Shown here piece by piece: positions 8,302 through 17,349 of a stretch of 32,510 nucleotides of DNA. The notes under the pieces are model-generated. The model searched no databases. It saw only the letters and a program-made list of their open reading frames with translations, and had not been told where the DNA came from. The translations under genes were made by a program, and so were the position numbers. Position 1 is the stretch's first letter; each line of letters opens with the position of its first letter. The DNA is taken from assembly GCA_005239615.1 (NCBI GenBank), contig SBBR01000106.1, forward strand, positions 1 through 32,510. Direction: 5' to 3'. The DNA comes from an archaeon (GTDB lineage: Archaea; Iainarchaeota; Iainarchaeia; Iainarchaeales; Iainarchaeaceae).

Positions 8302-8853
8302 ATGGCTAGTATGAATGTGATGGAACAATCGGAAGTCGTGATGATTCCACATGACCGCATAGGGGTGATCATCGGTAGGCACGGCGAGACCAAGCAGTGG
8401 ATAGAGAAGTTCACGGAAACAGAAATAACAATTGACAGCTCTGAAGGAGAGGTCGAAATCGCGGCAAAAGGCGACCCTCTCAAGTACTGGAAGGCCATCA
8501 AGATAGTAAAGGGTATTGGGCGGGGCTTTTCGCCGGAGCACGCGCTACGCTTGCTTTCTGATGAAATAGTTTTTGAGCTCATAGAGATACCGGAGTTCAC
8601 TGGCAAGAACGAGAGCGCAATGAAGGCGAAGCGCGGGCGTGTCATAGGCGAGCACGGCGCCGCGAGGGAGAGGATTGAGCGCGACACCGGCGCGAACATC
8701 TCGGTTTACGGCAAGACCGTGGGAATCATAGGCACACAGGATGAAGTGGACAAGGCATCGAAGGCAGTTAGGAAGCTTCTCTTGGGCGCGGGGCACGAAG
8801 GAGTCTTCCACTCTCTAGAGAGAAGGGCGAGCCAGGAAAGGTTTGAGCTTTGA
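8302..8853 (+). CDS. KH-domain RNA-binding protein (Dim2/Pno1-like)
   Basis: Two KH GxxG loops are present: IGVIIGRHGETK and RGRVIGEHGAARERIE. It sits directly downstream of the Rio kinase. Confidence 0.75.
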   Translation: MASMNVMEQSEVVMIPHDRIGVIIGRHGETKQWIEKFTETEITIDSSEGEVEIAAKGDPLKYWKAIKIVKGIGRGFSPEHALRLLSDEIVFELIEIPEFTGKNESAMKAKRGRVIGEHGAARERIERDTGANISVYGKTVGIIGTQDEVDKASKAVRKLLLGAGHEGVFHSLERRASQERFEL

Positions 8854-8876
8854 GATGGCAGTTGTTGGGTATATTT

Positions 8877-9121
8877 TTACTCGCTTTTTTGTTCCAGAAG
8901 TTTTGCGAGTTCTTCTGTTGTCATTCCGGCTTGCCTAACGATTGACTTGAATACAAAGGGATTTATGTCCTTGTTACTGTGAACTAGAACAGTTACATGA
9001 AGTATCTATTCTTCTGTGGGTTTTGTCATGTGCACATGGCTGCCTTTTTTCGAACCATGACAAAGCCATTTTTTCCAAGAGCCTTGATTATTTCTTTTCT
9101 GGACTTTAACGACATTTTCAT
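8877..9121 (-). pseudogene. hicA: Decayed HicA-family (YcfA-like) toxin gene
   Basis: Minus-strand translation gives MKMSLKSRKEIIKALGKNGFVMVRKK. It then continues in a shifted frame as GSHVHMTKPTEE*ILHVTVLVHSNKDINPFVFKSIVRQAGMTTEELAKLLEQKSE. The frameshift is in the T6/A6 run at 9045-9050 and the in-frame TAG is at 9006-9008. It is absent from the ORF track because it is broken. Confidence 0.65.
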
Positions 9122-9411
9122 CTAGACACCTTTTTATATATCCATGTTCCGTCCTGCAACAGGCATTAGAACTCCACATTGAATGCTTATCCGCAGCTGT
9201 AATTGATGAACTAAAAAAGAGGCGACTCCATAAAATAATGACAAATGTGGAAGTCGCTCTAGCGTAAAGAGCCAGATATTGGATTCAAACTCTTTAAGAA
9301 TTTCAGTTGTATGACAATTTCTTCCTCAAATAGGCATGGTAATTCTGGCAAAAAAAACCAGCGGTAGGTGCTGACGGGTTTAAAAATTATTCCAATTTTT
9401 TGGTGAATGAG

Positions 9412-11187
9412 ATGACAAAAGAGGCAAAGGAAAACGAAGAAGCCGTGCAGGCGTCTACAGAGGGCAAGGCGGAGAAGGGTCTCACCGCGGAGGAAATCGC
9501 GAAGGAGTTCAAGGAGCACTCGGTCGCGGAGTTCTTCAAGAAGAACATGCAGATGCTTGGCCTAACTGGCAAAATCAAGACCCTTACGACCATTGTGCAC
9601 GAGTATACCACCAATTCACTTGACGCCTGCGAGGAAGCAAAGATTCTGCCGGACATCGAAATCCAGATTAAGGAACTTGGAGAAGAGTACTACGAAGTCA
9701 CGGCGAAGGACAACGGCCCGGGCCTCACAAAAGAAACTGTAGGGAAAGCGCTCGGAAAAATCTTGGCCGGAACGAAGTTCCACAGGATGGTACAGATGCG
9801 TGGGCAACAAGGTATCGGCGCTTCTGGGGTCACCATGCTCTCCCAAATCACAACCGGAAAGGTAGTGCAGGTCATTACTGGCACGGGAAAGGGAAAACCA
9901 ATTAGCCTTGACATTACAATAGACCCGAAGAACAACGAACCGAAGATCGCGAACCTTACAGAGGTGAACAAGGACTTCAAGGGCACGATGATAAGGGCGA
10001 AATTCAAGGGTGTTAAGTACGTTAACTCCGAGCAGGCGCCCCTCGAATACCTTAGGAGGACGGCAATCGCGAACCCGCACGCGCAGATAACGCTGATAGA
10101 ACCATCCGGCGAGAAAATAGTGTTCAAGCGCACGCACAGGGACATTCCAGCGCGGCCCATGGAGATGAAGCCCCACCCGAAGGGAGTGAAGGTGGACGAG
10201 ATGGTAACACTAGCAAAGTACTCCAGCGAAAGGAAGGTCTCGAGCTTCCTGAAAGGCAACTTCGACAGGCTCGGCGACAAGGCGATAGAGGAACTCGTGA
10301 AGGCAGTACACTTCGACCTGAACAAGGACCCAAAGCACCTTTCTTGGGAGGAAGCGGAGGAAGTGGTGAACCAGTTCAGAAAAATGGATTTTATAGCGCC
10401 GCGCACGGACGGCCTCATACCAATAGGAGAGGCGCAGATAAGGAAGAGCCTTGAGAGTATAGTGAAGCCGGAGTTCATTTCAGTGGTCACGAGGAAGCCC
10501 TCGGTGTACAGCGGCGGCTTCCCCTTTCAGATAGAGGCTGGCATTGCCTACGGCGGGGAAGCCGGCAGAATGGGTGAGACGAACGAGGAGGGCCAGCAGC
10601 TGAGGAAAATAGAGATAATGAGGTTCGCGAACAGGGCCCCGTTGCTCTTCGACACAGGAGGTTGTGCAATCACGAAGGCCGTGCAGAGCATAGACTGGAA
10701 GAGGTACGGCATGAAGGATTACGAGAACGCGCCCCTCACTATCTTCGTGAACCTTATCTCCGTGCACATACCATACACCAGCGCCGGCAAGCAGGCGATA
10801 AGTGATGAGGAGGAAATAATGGAGGAGCTTCGCCTCGCGATGATGGACACAGGAAGGAAGATTTACACGTTTATAGGCCACCAGAGGAGGCAGGCGGAGA
10901 AGGAAGCGAAGAGGCGCATGTACTATAAGTACGCAACCGAAGTCGCGATTGCCGTTGCCGAGTTGACGCACAGGAATAAGAAGGAAATCGAGGAGGAGCT
11001 CCACGCGCTGGTCCTCAAGCACCTCAAGATGGAGGAACAGAAGGAGAAGCAGGCAGAACCCAAAGGCGAGATGAGTGAAGAGGAAATTGAAAAGGAGTAC
11101 GAGAAGCGTATGGAAAGGGAAAAAAAAGAAAAGGAAAAGAAGGGAAAGAAAGGTAAGAAGGCCGCGGTGGGGGCGGAAGAGGAGTGA
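9412..11187 (+). CDS. top6B: DNA topoisomerase VI subunit B
   Basis: GHKL ATPase N-terminus (AEFFKKNMQMLG, TIVHEYTTNSLDACEE, DNGPGL, GQQGIGASG). The ATG at 9412 is preferred over the TTG at 9400. The C-terminal ~60 aa form a K/E-rich tail. Confidence 0.9.
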   Translation: MTKEAKENEEAVQASTEGKAEKGLTAEEIAKEFKEHSVAEFFKKNMQMLGLTGKIKTLTTIVHEYTTNSLDACEEAKILPDIEIQIKELGEEYYEVTAKDNGPGLTKETVGKALGKILAGTKFHRMVQMRGQQGIGASGVTMLSQITTGKVVQVITGTGKGKPISLDITIDPKNNEPKIANLTEVNKDFKGTMIRAKFKGVKYVNSEQAPLEYLRRTAIANPHAQITLIEPSGEKIVFKRTHRDIPARPMEMKPHPKGVKVDEMVTLAKYSSERKVSSFLKGNFDRLGDKAIEELVKAVHFDLNKDPKHLSWEEAEEVVNQFRKMDFIAPRTDGLIPIGEAQIRKSLESIVKPEFISVVTRKPSVYSGGFPFQIEAGIAYGGEAGRMGETNEEGQQLRKIEIMRFANRAPLLFDTGGCAITKAVQSIDWKRYGMKDYENAPLTIFVNLISVHIPYTSAGKQAISDEEEIMEELRLAMMDTGRKIYTFIGHQRRQAEKEAKRRMYYKYATEVAIAVAELTHRNKKEIEEELHALVLKHLKMEEQKEKQAEPKGEMSEEEIEKEYEKRMEREKKEKEKKGKKGKKAAVGAEEE

Positions 11188-11219
11188 GCTAGGCACAGGC
11201 ATTCAGGAGTTTGGTTTTT

Positions 11220-12332
11220 ATGGCTAAGGAAGGAAAGCACTACGCAAAGGACTCGGAAGTCGTCGAGAAGCTTGAGAACATAGGGAAAGAAATACTCAAG
11301 CAGATAGAATCCCAAAAGAACCCGAGTTACAACATACCCATCCGGACGCTCGGGAACATCTTCTTTGACCAGAAAAGCGGGACGATAAAACTCGGGGACA
11401 AGACATCTGACAGGCAGTTCCTGAACGTCGCACACAGCAGGAAGTTTATGCAGACGGTGCTCGTCGCCGCCGAAATCCGTAAGGTAATAGAGCAGAAGGC
11501 CACAGTGAGCATCCGTGACCTCTACTACGCGCTCAAGCACACAATCGAGGGAACGCAGGAGAACACTTTCGAAGAGCAAAGTGAATCAGATCCTGTGATC
11601 GAGGACATTGAGGCAAGCCTCGACCTTCTTAGGGAGGAGCTGCACCTCGCAGCATCAGCCAAGGGCATAATTGCGGGCGATGTCCAGTTACGCGACGGCA
11701 GCGACAGCATTGACCTCACCAAAATGGGCTCGGGAGGCTGGAGCGTGCCCTCAAATGTGGAACCGGAGAATATAGAGTTCAAGAAGGTGAATGCCGAGTA
11801 CGTGCTATTCATAGAGAAGGATGCAGTGTGGAGAAGGTTCAACGAGGACCAGTACTGGAAGAAGCACAAGTGCATTATCCTCACTGGCAGGGGCCAGCCT
11901 GGGAGGGGAGAAAGGAGGCTTGCTCAGAGGTTCAACAAGGAATACGACCTGCCACTGTATGTGCTCACAGATGCAGACCCATGGGGGATGTACATTTACT
12001 CTGTCATAAAACAGGGCTCAATTTCGCTCTCCTACTCGGAAGAAAAGCTGGCGACCCCAAAGGCGAAGTTCCTCGGCCTCACTACATTGGATGTGGAGAA
12101 GTTCAAGATTCCGAAGGAAGTCACGATAAAGCTCAACGCGCTTGATGTGAAGAGGCTCAAGGAGATGGAAAGCTACGAGTGGTTCCAGAAGAAGGAATGG
12201 AAGCACGAGTTCAGCAACATGAAGGAGAAGGCTGTGAAGCTTGAGCTAGAAGCGCTGAGCAAGAAGGGCATAAGGTTCATCACCGAGGAGTATGTCCCCC
12301 AGAAGATAAAGAACGAGGAATTTTTACCGTAA
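11220..12332 (+). CDS. top6A: DNA topoisomerase VI subunit A (Spo11 homologue)
   Basis: Contains IRDLYYALKH (catalytic Tyr region), YVLFIEKDAVW, the Toprim TGRGQPGRGERR and DADPWGMYIY. An AGGAG lies 10 nt upstream of the ATG at 11220. Confidence 0.9.
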   Translation: MAKEGKHYAKDSEVVEKLENIGKEILKQIESQKNPSYNIPIRTLGNIFFDQKSGTIKLGDKTSDRQFLNVAHSRKFMQTVLVAAEIRKVIEQKATVSIRDLYYALKHTIEGTQENTFEEQSESDPVIEDIEASLDLLREELHLAASAKGIIAGDVQLRDGSDSIDLTKMGSGGWSVPSNVEPENIEFKKVNAEYVLFIEKDAVWRRFNEDQYWKKHKCIILTGRGQPGRGERRLAQRFNKEYDLPLYVLTDADPWGMYIYSVIKQGSISLSYSEEKLATPKAKFLGLTTLDVEKFKIPKEVTIKLNALDVKRLKEMESYEWFQKKEWKHEFSNMKEKAVKLELEALSKKGIRFITEEYVPQKIKNEEFLP

Positions 12333-12424
12333 ACATGCCGAAACCCATAACGGCAAATCACCTATACACTTATGTTTGGCTGACATAGGCAAACCCATAA
12401 AAGCGAAACCGGCGCAATATTGTA

Positions 12425-13036
12425 ATGCCCGGAACCATGCGGAAGTTCTTCGAGAAGCCAGTGCACCTAATCATATTCCTCCCGTTGCTTATCCTCGTTG
12501 CCTTTGTCGCGGTTAATTACTTCACATTCCCGAAGGTTGCCATGGAAACAGGCACCGCTGACGGAAAACCTCCTGTCGCATCCGGGGGCATTGAGGGAAG
12601 CGGCCCTCCAGCACAGGAGCAGAAGCCATTGTGCCCCGCGGGCTTCGAGTGCTGCGCGGAAGGGCAGTACATGGAAAGGCCATGCATTGGGGGCCAACAG
12701 TGCCTAGGGAATAGGTGCGAGAAAGCGGAATGCCCTTTCGAGTGCTGCGACGACGAGAGTTCACGCGCTGAATACGACGTGAAGGCATGCGACGGCAACC
12801 TCCTGTGTGACAACAACAAATGCGTAAAGAGACCATGCTGGAAGGAATGCTGCGCAGGCGACCCCGAGTACGAAACGCTTGCGTGCCCTGAGCCCTTGGA
12901 GTGCATAAGCAACAAGTGCGAGAAGCCTGCCTGCCCGGACAAGTACCAGTGCTGCCCGGCAGACGACAGCGCTTACAGGCCAAAGAGTTGCCCAGGCAGG
13001 GGGGTGTGCAAGTTCAGAGTGTGCAGGTCAGGCTGA
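12425..13036 (+). CDS. Membrane-anchored cysteine-rich repeat protein (4 x 6-Cys modules), function unknown
   Basis: It has an N-terminal hydrophobic anchor (HLIIFLPLLILVAFVAVNYF) and a G/P-rich linker. Four tandem repeats follow, with the pattern C-x3/5-CC-x9..13-C-x5-C-x4-C-x4, giving 24 Cys. Confidence 0.7.
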   Translation: MPGTMRKFFEKPVHLIIFLPLLILVAFVAVNYFTFPKVAMETGTADGKPPVASGGIEGSGPPAQEQKPLCPAGFECCAEGQYMERPCIGGQQCLGNRCEKAECPFECCDDESSRAEYDVKACDGNLLCDNNKCVKRPCWKECCAGDPEYETLACPEPLECISNKCEKPACPDKYQCCPADDSAYRPKSCPGRGVCKFRVCRSG

Positions 13037-13166
13037 GCTCATGAGCCCCGGCCACAAAATCACTATGGACCGAAACTAGGGCGTATGCCCATTCGCTGCT
13101 TTGGGCCAGCTGAAGCCGTGGTTTTGGTTTCGAAAGCTTAATAACCTAGAGGAATGTTCATTGATT

Positions 13167-14555
13167 ATGCGTGGCGTGAAAAGCATCGAGTGTTTTTTCA
13201 GCCCCAGGAGCATAGCAGTAATTGGGGCATCCGACAGGAAGAACACAGTAGGTTACACTATTTTCCGCAACCTGCTGGGGGCCGGCAAGAAAGTCTTTCC
13301 CGTGAACCCAAACCACCCAATTATACAGGGGAAAAAATCGTTTAGTTCTGTCAAGCATATTGACCGGGAAATAGACCTGGCTGTAATAGCAGTGCCGGCA
13401 AGGAGCGTGCCACAAGCCCTCAAGGAATGCATGGAAACCGGCGCTAAGGCGGCAATAATCATAAGCGCAGGGTTTTCAGAGACTGGCGAAAAGGAGCTGA
13501 CCGGACAAATAGCAGGTCTCATCAAAAAGTTCCCGGCAACGCGCGTCATGGGCCCGAATTGCGTAGGGATTTTGGACACTTACTCAGGGGTGGACACGAC
13601 CTTTTTCGAGAAGTCCAGGATGGAAACTCCAAAGAAGGGCGGTCTCGCGTTCATCTCGCAGTCTGGCGCGCTCGGCTCCATGATACTAGACTGGGTCGCG
13701 ACACAGGAGTTCGGGATAAGCAAGTTCGCATCCTACGGCAACGCCATGGACATTGACGAGGCCGACCTGCTGGAGTTCCTCGGCGCTGACAGCAGGACAA
13801 AAGTCATCACCATCTATCTAGAGGGAGCAAAGAACGGGAGGAAGTTTTACAGCGTCGCGGCCAGGGTCTCTCGAAGAAAGCCGATTGTCGTCCTCAAGGG
13901 CGGGAGGAGCGAGGAAACGAGAAAAGCCACTGCCTCGCACACCGGCTCCCTCGCAGGCTCTTCGAGCGTATACAACTCGGTTTTCAGGCAGGCAAGCATA
14001 ATACAGGCGGAAGACCTCCTCGACCTCTTCAGCATCGCTAAAATGCTGCAGGAAGAGCCCCTCCCTAAAGGGAACAGGGTGCAGGTGATTACCAACGGAG
14101 GAGGGTTCGGAATAGTGATGGCTGACCAGCTCCTGATGAACGGGTTGCGCCTTGCAAAACTATCCAAAGCCACCGTGATGCACCTTAGAAAGGAAATGCC
14201 GATGGCGACATTATCCAACCCAATTGACCTCATTGGCGATGCGGACGCGCAGCGCTATAGGAAGGCCATCGAGGCGTGCCTCGCGGACAGTAACGTTGAC
14301 ATTGTAGTGGTGCTGGTGCTCTTCAACCTCCCAACTCTAGAGGCGAAAAAGCTTAGCATACTCAGGAAGGCGAGGGGTAAAGCAAGGAAGCCCACCGTAG
14401 TAGTTTCAATCGGCAGCGGCTACACCCAGAAATACCTTGAAATGATAGAGCGAGCCGGGTTCACGACATTCAACTACCCAAGTGTGGCGGCCAAGGCGAT
14501 AAGTGGGATAGTTTCCTACGCTGAATACCTGAAGAAAACCGGAAAGCGGAAATAA
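13167..14555 (+). CDS. Acetate--CoA ligase (ADP-forming) alpha-type subunit / CoA-binding succinyl-CoA-synthetase-like protein
   Basis: Contains FFSPRSIAVIGAS (CoA-binding Rossmann), GPNCVGI, ISQSGALG and the phosphohistidine loop ASHTGSLAGS. A GAGG lies upstream of the ATG at 13167. There is no ATP-grasp beta part in the ORF. Confidence 0.8.
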   Translation: MRGVKSIECFFSPRSIAVIGASDRKNTVGYTIFRNLLGAGKKVFPVNPNHPIIQGKKSFSSVKHIDREIDLAVIAVPARSVPQALKECMETGAKAAIIISAGFSETGEKELTGQIAGLIKKFPATRVMGPNCVGILDTYSGVDTTFFEKSRMETPKKGGLAFISQSGALGSMILDWVATQEFGISKFASYGNAMDIDEADLLEFLGADSRTKVITIYLEGAKNGRKFYSVAARVSRRKPIVVLKGGRSEETRKATASHTGSLAGSSSVYNSVFRQASIIQAEDLLDLFSIAKMLQEEPLPKGNRVQVITNGGGFGIVMADQLLMNGLRLAKLSKATVMHLRKEMPMATLSNPIDLIGDADAQRYRKAIEACLADSNVDIVVVLVLFNLPTLEAKKLSILRKARGKARKPTVVVSIGSGYTQKYLEMIERAGFTTFNYPSVAAKAISGIVSYAEYLKKTGKRK

Positions 14556-14637
14556 ATATTTAGAGATATTCTAACGCCGACACGAAAAAAACCAAAGCCA
14601 TGAACTACCGATATTTCTGCCGGAAAAAAAATCTTTT

Positions 14638-15960
14638 TCACTTGCCGCCACGCTGGGAAGTGAGGAGCTGCATTGCTTTGTCCACTTCCTCTTCCTCAAG
14701 GAGACCAAAGAGCTCCTTTGCTGGCGGCCACTCGCCGAAATCCGTTTCAGAGAGGTTTTTCTCCAACATTTCGAGACCCATCTGTGCCACTGAAAGGCGC
14801 AACTTCTGCATCTCGCGGAGGTCGGCAATTTTCCTCTTGAAATCAATGGCGGAAAAGTTCTTAGAAATCGAGAGTATTGCCCTACCAGAGAACTCCTCGA
14901 AGATTCCTGCAAGGTTGACATCGGAGGGGGAGATGCCCCTCTTGAGCGAGCCCTTCATGTTCACCCTTACAAGCGGCTTGAGAGGAGTTTCAGTTTGCAG
15001 GCATTGAGCAATCACAGCCCTGCACTCCCGAGTCGCGGTTTCGGAATCCGCTTCCCTCAGGGTCAGCTGGCGGTAGAACATCTTCCTCTGGCGCGGCAGT
15101 GGCATGAAAGAGAGCGCACCTGAGGTTGTGTCAAAGATGTGGATGCCCTTCGGGTACTCGCATTCGAGTTTCTTTATGGAGGTCGCTATAGTCGAGCCGG
15201 CAAGAAGGAAAATGGTTTTCACTGCCGGTTCTGCACCCTTTGGCGTGTCAGTGGCATGGACACCATGGATTTCACCATCTGAATGTCGGTGTTGGCCGAG
15301 CTCCTGCCTGTTCGCCCAGTGAAGGTGACCGTTGACAATCAAGCCAAAGCCTTTTGGCAGGTCGTCGAGCGAAAGCGTGGCTACCATCTCGTCGTCAATT
15401 GCCATGAACTCTTTGAAGGACTGATGGAGAAGCATTATGTTGGCGGCCCCGGCAACTGGCTCGGATTTCCACTGCTGCATCACCGCAAGCGCCTTCTTCT
15501 CTGGCACTGCGCCAAGGCCATGCACAACCAGCTCTTCCTTCGCGTTTCCAATGCCCTTTTCCACTATTATCTCCGCAGCATGGAAATAAGTCACGAGGCC
15601 TGCAAGGTGCATGACGTCAAGCGCTGTCTTGGTCTCCTTTCCAAGGTATTCGTGATTGCCGTGTATTGCCAGTATTGGGACTCCAGAGTATGACAGGAAA
15701 GATTTTTCCCCTTCTTTTTTAAGCGAAAGCGAGACGCTGGAACTACCCTCCTTTGCCAAGGAAAATGCCCTTACTGCGTTGTAGAGTGTGTTGTGCGAGG
15801 GCACAGGAGCGTCAAACACGTCGCCACACAGCACCATTACGTCTGCACCTTCGTCGATGCATAGCCGTATGGCCTGGGCAAGGTTGTCGAAAGACTCCTG
15901 CGAGCGCTCGCCTTTCTCGTCGAAACCTAGGTGGGTGTCAGAAAAAATGCCGACCTTCAC
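14638..15960 (-). CDS. mre11: DNA double-strand break repair nuclease Mre11
   Basis: Calcineurin-like phosphoesterase motifs appear in order: FSDTHLG, CGDVFD, GNHE, NGHLH. Length is 440 aa. Confidence 0.85.
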   Translation of the reverse strand: MKVGIFSDTHLGFDEKGERSQESFDNLAQAIRLCIDEGADVMVLCGDVFDAPVPSHNTLYNAVRAFSLAKEGSSSVSLSLKKEGEKSFLSYSGVPILAIHGNHEYLGKETKTALDVMHLAGLVTYFHAAEIIVEKGIGNAKEELVVHGLGAVPEKKALAVMQQWKSEPVAGAANIMLLHQSFKEFMAIDDEMVATLSLDDLPKGFGLIVNGHLHWANRQELGQHRHSDGEIHGVHATDTPKGAEPAVKTIFLLAGSTIATSIKKLECEYPKGIHIFDTTSGALSFMPLPRQRKMFYRQLTLREADSETATRECRAVIAQCLQTETPLKPLVRVNMKGSLKRGISPSDVNLAGIFEEFSGRAILSISKNFSAIDFKRKIADLREMQKLRLSVAQMGLEMLEKNLSETDFGEWPPAKELFGLLEEEEVDKAMQLLTSQRGGK

Positions 15961-16616
15961 TTCACCAACTCCTGCAAAGCCCCTATACCAAGCCCCTTGA
16001 AGCTCTTGACGACCACATCAGCCTCGGAAAAATTGTGCGCTGAAGTGAATTTATTCGGGATGGCGACGCACCGGAGGCCGGCTGCCTTTGCCGATTCAAC
16101 GCCGATGACAGTGTCCTCAATCGCCACGCAGTTGCCGGGTCGTGCGCCGAGGAACGAAACTGCCTTTTGGTAGGTCTCGGGATGCGGCTTTGGCTCTTTT
16201 ATGTCCCTTATAGTGAGTATGGGTTTGAAGAAATTCCTGATGCCGAACTTGCTGAGGAAAAAGTTTATCGTCTCGGGAGAGTTGTTCGAGGCTATAGCCA
16301 CCCCGACACCACCTGCCTCCAGCTCTTTCAGCAGCCTATAAAGGTCCACATCAAGCTTCACCAACTTTTCCATCTCGGCATTCATAGAAGGGCCTATCTC
16401 CGCAATGAACTCGTCCCTGCCTACGCTCAGACCGTACTTGGCGTTGATGAAGTCGAGCTTCTTCTGGAACGTGTGGCCTATGAGGTGAGCGATGTCCTCA
16501 TCGCTGATTCTCGCGCGGCGCCTCCTGAAATAATTGCGCATATGCTTGAAGTAATAGGCCGGAGTGTCGACAATCACTCCGTCAAAATCGAAAACCACGA
16601 CTTCAAGCCTACTCAT
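15957..16616 (-). CDS. HAD-superfamily hydrolase (phosphatase/beta-phosphoglucomutase-like), copy 1
   Basis: DxD motif VVVFDFDGVIVDT right after the Met at 16616. Also VAIASNNS and a C-terminal CVAIEDTVIGVESAKAAG. Its stop overlaps the mre11 start by 4 nt. Confidence 0.8.
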   Translation of the reverse strand: MSRLEVVVFDFDGVIVDTPAYYFKHMRNYFRRRRARISDEDIAHLIGHTFQKKLDFINAKYGLSVGRDEFIAEIGPSMNAEMEKLVKLDVDLYRLLKELEAGGVGVAIASNNSPETINFFLSKFGIRNFFKPILTIRDIKEPKPHPETYQKAVSFLGARPGNCVAIEDTVIGVESAKAAGLRCVAIPNKFTSAHNFSEADVVVKSFKGLGIGALQELVK

Positions 16617-16644
16617 TCGCCCCAAACCAATCACCCAGTTGCGC

Positions 16645-17340
16645 CTAATGCCTGCCAAGCGCAGCGGGCTTGCTGTGGAAAAGCGACTCACACTTTTCAA
16701 CCGTGAGCTCGGCGAGAGAATCCACTACAAGGTCGGCGTCGAGCAGCATTCCCCTTTCATAGGTGTTCGTGACTGCGATTACCTTCATGCCCGCGGCCTT
16801 CGCGGACATTATACCATAGAGTGAGTCCTCGACCACGAGGCACTCCTGCGGTTTCACTCCGAGCATTTTCGCGGCGGTGAAGTAGCCCTCAGGGTCGGGC
16901 TTGCCTTTCTGCACATCATCGCCACCGAGGACAACCGCGACTTTTCCCCTGATGCCGACGCCCGCGAGAACAGACTCGACGAATGAGCGCACAGAGCTCG
17001 ATACCACTGCTATAGGATATTTTGCGAAAACCCCGGCAAAGAAAACCGAGAAGCCTTTGTAAGGCTTTATGCCTCGCGCCATTTCCGAGAGGCGGCGGTA
17101 CTTCTCGTCTACAAGCCCCTCAATCTGCCTGCCGCTCTTTCCCGGCAAAATCTTGGCAAAAGCATCTTTCGAGCGCATGGTGTCGAACCTTTCCAGCTTT
17201 TCCTTAGTGACACCGGCTCCGGCCTCATTGAGGACCTGCTCCGCGGCCTCGAAGTGCATGTCCATCGTGTCGACGATGACGCCATCCAAATCGAATATCA
17301 CTGCCCTGAGCAAAGCACCACCAAAAAGAATTAACCGCAA
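16645..17340 (-). CDS. HAD-superfamily hydrolase, copy 2 (tandem paralogue)
   Basis: Contains AVIFDLDGVIVDT, VVSSS, KGKPDPEGY and LVVEDSLYGIMSAKAAG. The TTG start is uncertain. Confidence 0.8.
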   Translation of the reverse strand: MRLILFGGALLRAVIFDLDGVIVDTMDMHFEAAEQVLNEAGAGVTKEKLERFDTMRSKDAFAKILPGKSGRQIEGLVDEKYRRLSEMARGIKPYKGFSVFFAGVFAKYPIAVVSSSVRSFVESVLAGVGIRGKVAVVLGGDDVQKGKPDPEGYFTAAKMLGVKPQECLVVEDSLYGIMSAKAAGMKVIAVTNTYERGMLLDADLVVDSLAELTVEKCESLFHSKPAALGRH

Positions 17341-17349
17341 AAGGATTAA

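Noticed and set aside
9122-9411. HicB antitoxin or another gene in the remainder of the KH to top6B gap
   Set aside because: All six frames give only short interrupted ORFs. The 86-aa minus ORF 9259..9519 overlaps the top6B start and has no motifs. The region more likely holds the top6B promoter (TTTAAAAATTATT at 9379-9391).
9616-11579. Long minus-strand ORFs (9616..10176, 9690..10490, 10480..11202, 10923..11579) across top6B/top6A
   Set aside because: They lie opposite genes with unmistakable Topo VI motifs. Their translations are repetitive L/F/R/S-rich strings, typical of antisense frames of K/E-rich coding sequence.
12467-12983. Minus- and alternative-frame ORFs over the Cys-rich gene (12517..12942, 12522..12983, 12498..12707)
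   Set aside because: The plus-strand frame shows a strictly periodic cysteine pattern plus an N-terminal anchor. The others show no structure.
14556-14640. Search for rad50/herA/nurA beside mre11
   Set aside because: Downstream of mre11 is only an 82-bp gap and then the convergent acetyl-CoA synthetase gene. The upstream genes are HAD hydrolases, and no Walker-A/coiled-coil ORF is present.
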